Assembly (NCBI GenBank): GCA_964455675.1
Contig: CAYVYK010000009.1
Span: forward strand, 1-64,000
Direction of reading: 5' to 3'
Length of the DNA stretch: 64,000 nt
From: an uncultured Methanosarcinales archaeon
GTDB taxonomy: Archaea > Nanobdellota > Nanobdellia > Woesearchaeales > CAYVYK01
The position numbers were made by a program, and so were the translations under genes. The notes beneath the pieces were generated by a model. The model searched no databases, was not told the DNA's origin, and worked only from the letters and a program-made list of their open reading frames with translations. Below are positions 60,603 to 64,000 of the stretch, one piece after another (positions within the stretch are counted from its first letter, which is position 1; each line of letters opens with the position of its first letter).

Positions 60603-60985
60603 ACGAGATTCACCCACGTGCCAATGGATCTCCCGTCAAGACGGACCTCAACAAGTACCGTACTATTCTTTGGTTCAGCGCTCAGCAGAATGCTTTCCGT
60701 TACCGATACGAGCTTCCCCGGCTCAAGAGTTATCTGGCGCCACAACACAGGCACGTCATCGATCAAGACCGTATATGCACGAAGTACCTTCTCGTCACCA
60801 TGAATCATTGCTTGGAAAGCAATAGTATACGCTGACCCTTGTTTTGCCAACTTTGCCGGAGGAGCGGAATAAGCGAGCTCAACAAACGAGTGAGCACGTT
60901 TCGTCTGAAGCTGAAAAACAAGCATACCTCCAATACATACGAACAGCACTATGATTATCACATACCAGACGAGATTCTCCCCCAT
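60599..60985 (-). CDS. Single-TM protein, DUF1616 C-terminal-like
   Basis: N-terminal TM, SFVELAY, beta-rich domain; ATGA overlap with the next gene. Confidence 0.6.
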   Translation of the reverse strand: MGENLVWYVIIIVLFVCIGGMLVFQLQTKRAHSFVELAYSAPPAKLAKQGSAYTIAFQAMIHGDEKVLRAYTVLIDDVPVLWRQITLEPGKLVSVTESILLSAEPKNSTVLVEVRLDGRSIGTWVNLV

Positions 60986-61129
60986 ATCAATGAGCACCAT
61001 GGGCTGATATAAAAACTTTTTGAGTGTTGCTACTCTAGAATAGAATCGAAATCGACAACTATAAAAACTTGAACACCGAAGAGAATCAGACGTTTTTAAA
61101 GACTGTACAATCCGGGGGGATAGAATCAT

Positions 61130-61984
61130 ATGAATGAGATGAAGCCACGTCTGACAGTTATCATTCCATGCTACAATGAGGAGAAAGGAATCGCAAAAGT
61201 GCTCTCCCGCATTCCAAATACATTTCACGAACGGTATCAACTCGAAATCGTTGTTGTCGACAACAACAGTAGCGACGCAACAGCCGCTGTCGCGCACTCG
61301 TATGGAGCAACCGTCATCAGCGAACGTAGACAAGGCAAGGGGCATGCCATGCTGAAAGGTTTTTGGCACATCACGAACGAAGTTGACTATGTAGCCATGA
61401 TCGATGGAGACGGATCGTACGAGATCCAAGAACTCCCAAGGCTCATGGAACTCCTCGAAAGCAAGTTCTGCGACGCGGTCATCGGATCACGACTGCACGG
61501 ACGGGTATCCTATGGCTCGATGCCTCGATTCAACAGGTATGGCAACTGGCTGTTCACATTCCTCTCGCGGGTGGGCTACGAAACGAACGTCACTGACGTA
61601 TGCAGCGGATTTTTCGCGTGGAGAGCAGACGTTGTACGAACACTTCGCCTGTACTTACAGGAACCGCGGTTCTCGCTTGAAATGGAAATGATGGCAAAAA
61701 TGGCACGCCTTGGGTACCGCACAAATTCTGTGCCTATTACGTACAAACTTCGAGCGGGCAAGTCAAGCCTTCACCCCGTCAAGGACGGCGCAAGAATCAT
61801 GGGAACATGGCTCAAGAATCTTTCATGGAGCCCAGAGCGATCACGGCAGTCCGGTACGCACCGATGGGCACCACAACCGAATCCTGCTCCAGCGGATATT
61901 CCCTTCCGACCGGATCATGAGCTTGTGCAATCGAGCGTCCGATCCAACCGATCCGAACATCGTGGGCGCGAGGTTCCTTATTGA
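61130..61984 (+). CDS. Glycosyltransferase family 2 (DPM synthase-like)
   Basis: IIPCYNEE, VDNNSSD, GKG.A, IDGDGSY, GSR, TDVCSGF. Confidence 0.93.
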   Translation: MNEMKPRLTVIIPCYNEEKGIAKVLSRIPNTFHERYQLEIVVVDNNSSDATAAVAHSYGATVISERRQGKGHAMLKGFWHITNEVDYVAMIDGDGSYEIQELPRLMELLESKFCDAVIGSRLHGRVSYGSMPRFNRYGNWLFTFLSRVGYETNVTDVCSGFFAWRADVVRTLRLYLQEPRFSLEMEMMAKMARLGYRTNSVPITYKLRAGKSSLHPVKDGARIMGTWLKNLSWSPERSRQSGTHRWAPQPNPAPADIPFRPDHELVQSSVRSNRSEHRGREVPY

Positions 61985-63269
61985 CAATAGTCACGAAAAT
62001 ACCCTGCTCATTTTCGACGGTAAGACAGTCAAAAGGCCATTCGCACACCGTGCTATAGATAATTGAATCATGAGTGTTGTACTTGGCAAAAAGACGCTTG
62101 ACCTCGTATGTTGGCCAGAGCCTTGAAGGCGAACGACCCCATAGTCCAAAACCAGAATCAGACTCAAGACTCGTGCCGCTATAGAATGTCTCAATGTCAA
62201 CAGCGCCCGACCTGATCATCCAAATAAGCGCAGATGAGAGGTATGCGGATGCTGGAAGCTCATCAAGATGCTGCATGTATTCAGCTCTCCAGTCAAGACT
62301 ATACTCAGACATGATAATCTCCTTATCGGTCAGAGTGGATAGCTCAATCATCAGATCATGGTACAACACCTTGGTGTTTCGCATCCGATCCTCCAACCCC
62401 GCGAATTCATCCTCAGAATTACCATAATGGTGGATACTGATAAAATCCGGCTCCTCTTCAAGGAAGTAGACAAGCCGCTCGTTCTCGTAACTTGGATAAT
62501 ACACAAGACTGTAGCCACCAATCTTCGTCCCGGGAGACGCTTTCAGCAGTTCCTGCTTCGTCAGCCTAAATAGCCTTGGATACAGAGAATCCCACCAAAA
62601 GTCCTCCCAAGGCTCATTCCACACCTCAACATACCAGTCGCTCGTGTTGCAGGGCGCGGCAAGCAGATCAGCATCACACAGCACACGATAATGCGACAAC
62701 ACCGTTCCAGCATACCGCGCAAACTCCTCAACATCCCTTGGAGGATTCTGCTCATCACTCACGCCATGCATCGACAATTCCCTTGGAGCATGCGCAAAGA
62801 CCATGATAGGAGTAACATTTGCGCGCAAGGCGGCGTTCACAAGCTCATCGAGCTTCTGATAGTTGTATGGATCACCATACGGAATCGTACTCTCCCTCCA
62901 ACCTGGATTACTCACCCAGATACGAATGAAGCGGGAACCAACGCTCCTATGTAGACCGATTATTCTTTCATCCCGAGCAAAATCCATCCAGTTATCATTC
63001 TCATTCACGCCGTAGCGAAGCGAGACGCTACCTGCCTTTGCGTTGAAATCAGCAAGAACGTCAACTGGCGGAGGAACGTACCCTGGCGGATGGATCTGCA
63101 CGGTCTGCTCGACATGCTGCGATGGAGGCGTCACCAAATGAAGCGGATTCCCCGATATGAGGGTATTGACAAAAGTTCCACCATCAACATCCTGATCCAA
63201 GTTTGAGTATAAGGCCACAGAAAGGACAATGAGAATTCCAATGAGCAAGGCAAGGAGGAGGTTTTTCAT
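61812..63269 (-). CDS. Secreted glycoside hydrolase, GH39-like (clan A)
   Basis: EVWNEP acid/base, DFISIHHYG, IIMSEY nucleophile. Confidence 0.8.
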   Translation of the reverse strand: MKNLLLALLIGILIVLSVALYSNLDQDVDGGTFVNTLISGNPLHLVTPPSQHVEQTVQIHPPGYVPPPVDVLADFNAKAGSVSLRYGVNENDNWMDFARDERIIGLHRSVGSRFIRIWVSNPGWRESTIPYGDPYNYQKLDELVNAALRANVTPIMVFAHAPRELSMHGVSDEQNPPRDVEEFARYAGTVLSHYRVLCDADLLAAPCNTSDWYVEVWNEPWEDFWWDSLYPRLFRLTKQELLKASPGTKIGGYSLVYYPSYENERLVYFLEEEPDFISIHHYGNSEDEFAGLEDRMRNTKVLYHDLMIELSTLTDKEIIMSEYSLDWRAEYMQHLDELPASAYLSSALIWMIRSGAVDIETFYSGTSLESDSGFGLWGRSPSRLWPTYEVKRLFAKYNTHDSIIYSTVCEWPFDCLTVENEQGIFVTIVNKEPRAHDVRIGWIGRSIAQAHDPVGREYPLEQDSVVVPIGAYRTAVIALGSMKDS

Positions 63270-64000
63270 TTTCGCGCGAAGATAAGATATGCAGGAAGGA
63301 TGTATTTCAAGATTCCGGTGCGAGCAAGAATCCTGACAACACGCCGGAGAGGCCTTGGCACATCATGAAGAGCAAGGCCTGGAAACGCACTGTACGGATA
63401 GTTGGAGGATACAGGCAACATGTACGTCGGAACATTATAATCAGGAATGGCATTATAGAATTCCAGAGTGCCAAAACCAGCATCGCGGAAAAGACGCTCG
63501 TACCCCCACATGCTGTAAATATATGTTCGATAGGGTTTTTGAAGTACAATCCATGTGAGCATACTTGCGAGGAACCGCGGGAGAATCGTGACGAATGGGA
63601 CATTCACATGCGGATCGAAACGGCCCATGAACTGACGATAACACAGCCGATTCTCAATGCCAACATACAAGATTCCACCGGGCTTCAATAGGGAATGCAT
63701 TTTTTTAAGGACACTCTCTTGTATACGCCTTGGACTTCCTGTTCTACCCTCTGCTGTCCACTCAAGCACGCCGTTCATCACGATTAGATCAAAACTATTC
63801 TTCCTGAAGGGAAGGTTATGGGCATCAGCACGGAGCAGGGTGACGTTGCCAAGATTCTCCTCGCGAAAGCGATGCTTACAAAATTCTAACCGTTCCGGAA
63901 CAACATCAACAGCAATCACGTGCCCATAATGTCGGGCAAGCTCCTCGGCAATTGTACCCATGCCAGCGCCAACATCGAGCACGACCGCATCCTTCTTAAG
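63266..64000 (-). CDS. Class I SAM-dependent methyltransferase (5' partial)
   Basis: VLDVGAGMG, ADAHNLPF...SFDLI, LKPGG. Confidence 0.9.
   Translation of the reverse strand, partial: LKKDAVVLDVGAGMGTIAEELARHYGHVIAVDVVPERLEFCKHRFREENLGNVTLLRADAHNLPFRKNSFDLIVMNGVLEWTAEGRTGSPRRIQESVLKKMHSLLKPGGILYVGIENRLCYRQFMGRFDPHVNVPFVTILPRFLASMLTWIVLQKPYRTYIYSMWGYERLFRDAGFGTLEFYNAIPDYNVPTYMLPVSSNYPYSAFPGLALHDVPRPLRRVVRILARTGILKYILPAYLIFARK

Overview
A 64-kb scaffold piece with three 100-N gaps, from an archaeon and most likely DPANN/Woesearchaeota-like. The evidence is an archaeal-type rps27ae, a PolB2 cassette, a COG1361 S-layer/ABC operon, TATA-like promoters and Lrp/wHTH regulators. The window holds a K+-independent H+-PPase, ion transporters, a copper P-type ATPase locus, uvrA-uvrC-uvrB and a surface-glycan locus. 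I found no rRNA, intact tRNA or cas gene. The main leads are: (1) a 131-aa protein with three C-terminal [T/S]GG-L-x-[P/T]-C repeats, translationally coupled to a radical SAM/SPASM-type enzyme, which is a candidate multi-core RiPP system; (2) a RadA-like/small protein/PolB2 cassette in which PolB2 is fused to a VRR-NUC nuclease, interrupted by a CRISPR-sized repeat-spacer triplet and next to an SRAP gene; (3) an HD hydrolase, two radical SAM enzymes and a nucleotide kinase facing Lrp and a divergent PRPP synthetase; (4) a dispersed structured element with compensatory base changes (about 21.3 kb and 43.9 kb); (5) two paralogous membrane protein/wHTH pairs; and (6) two Planctomycetota-like genes. 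All calls come from reading motifs by eye; no database search was run.
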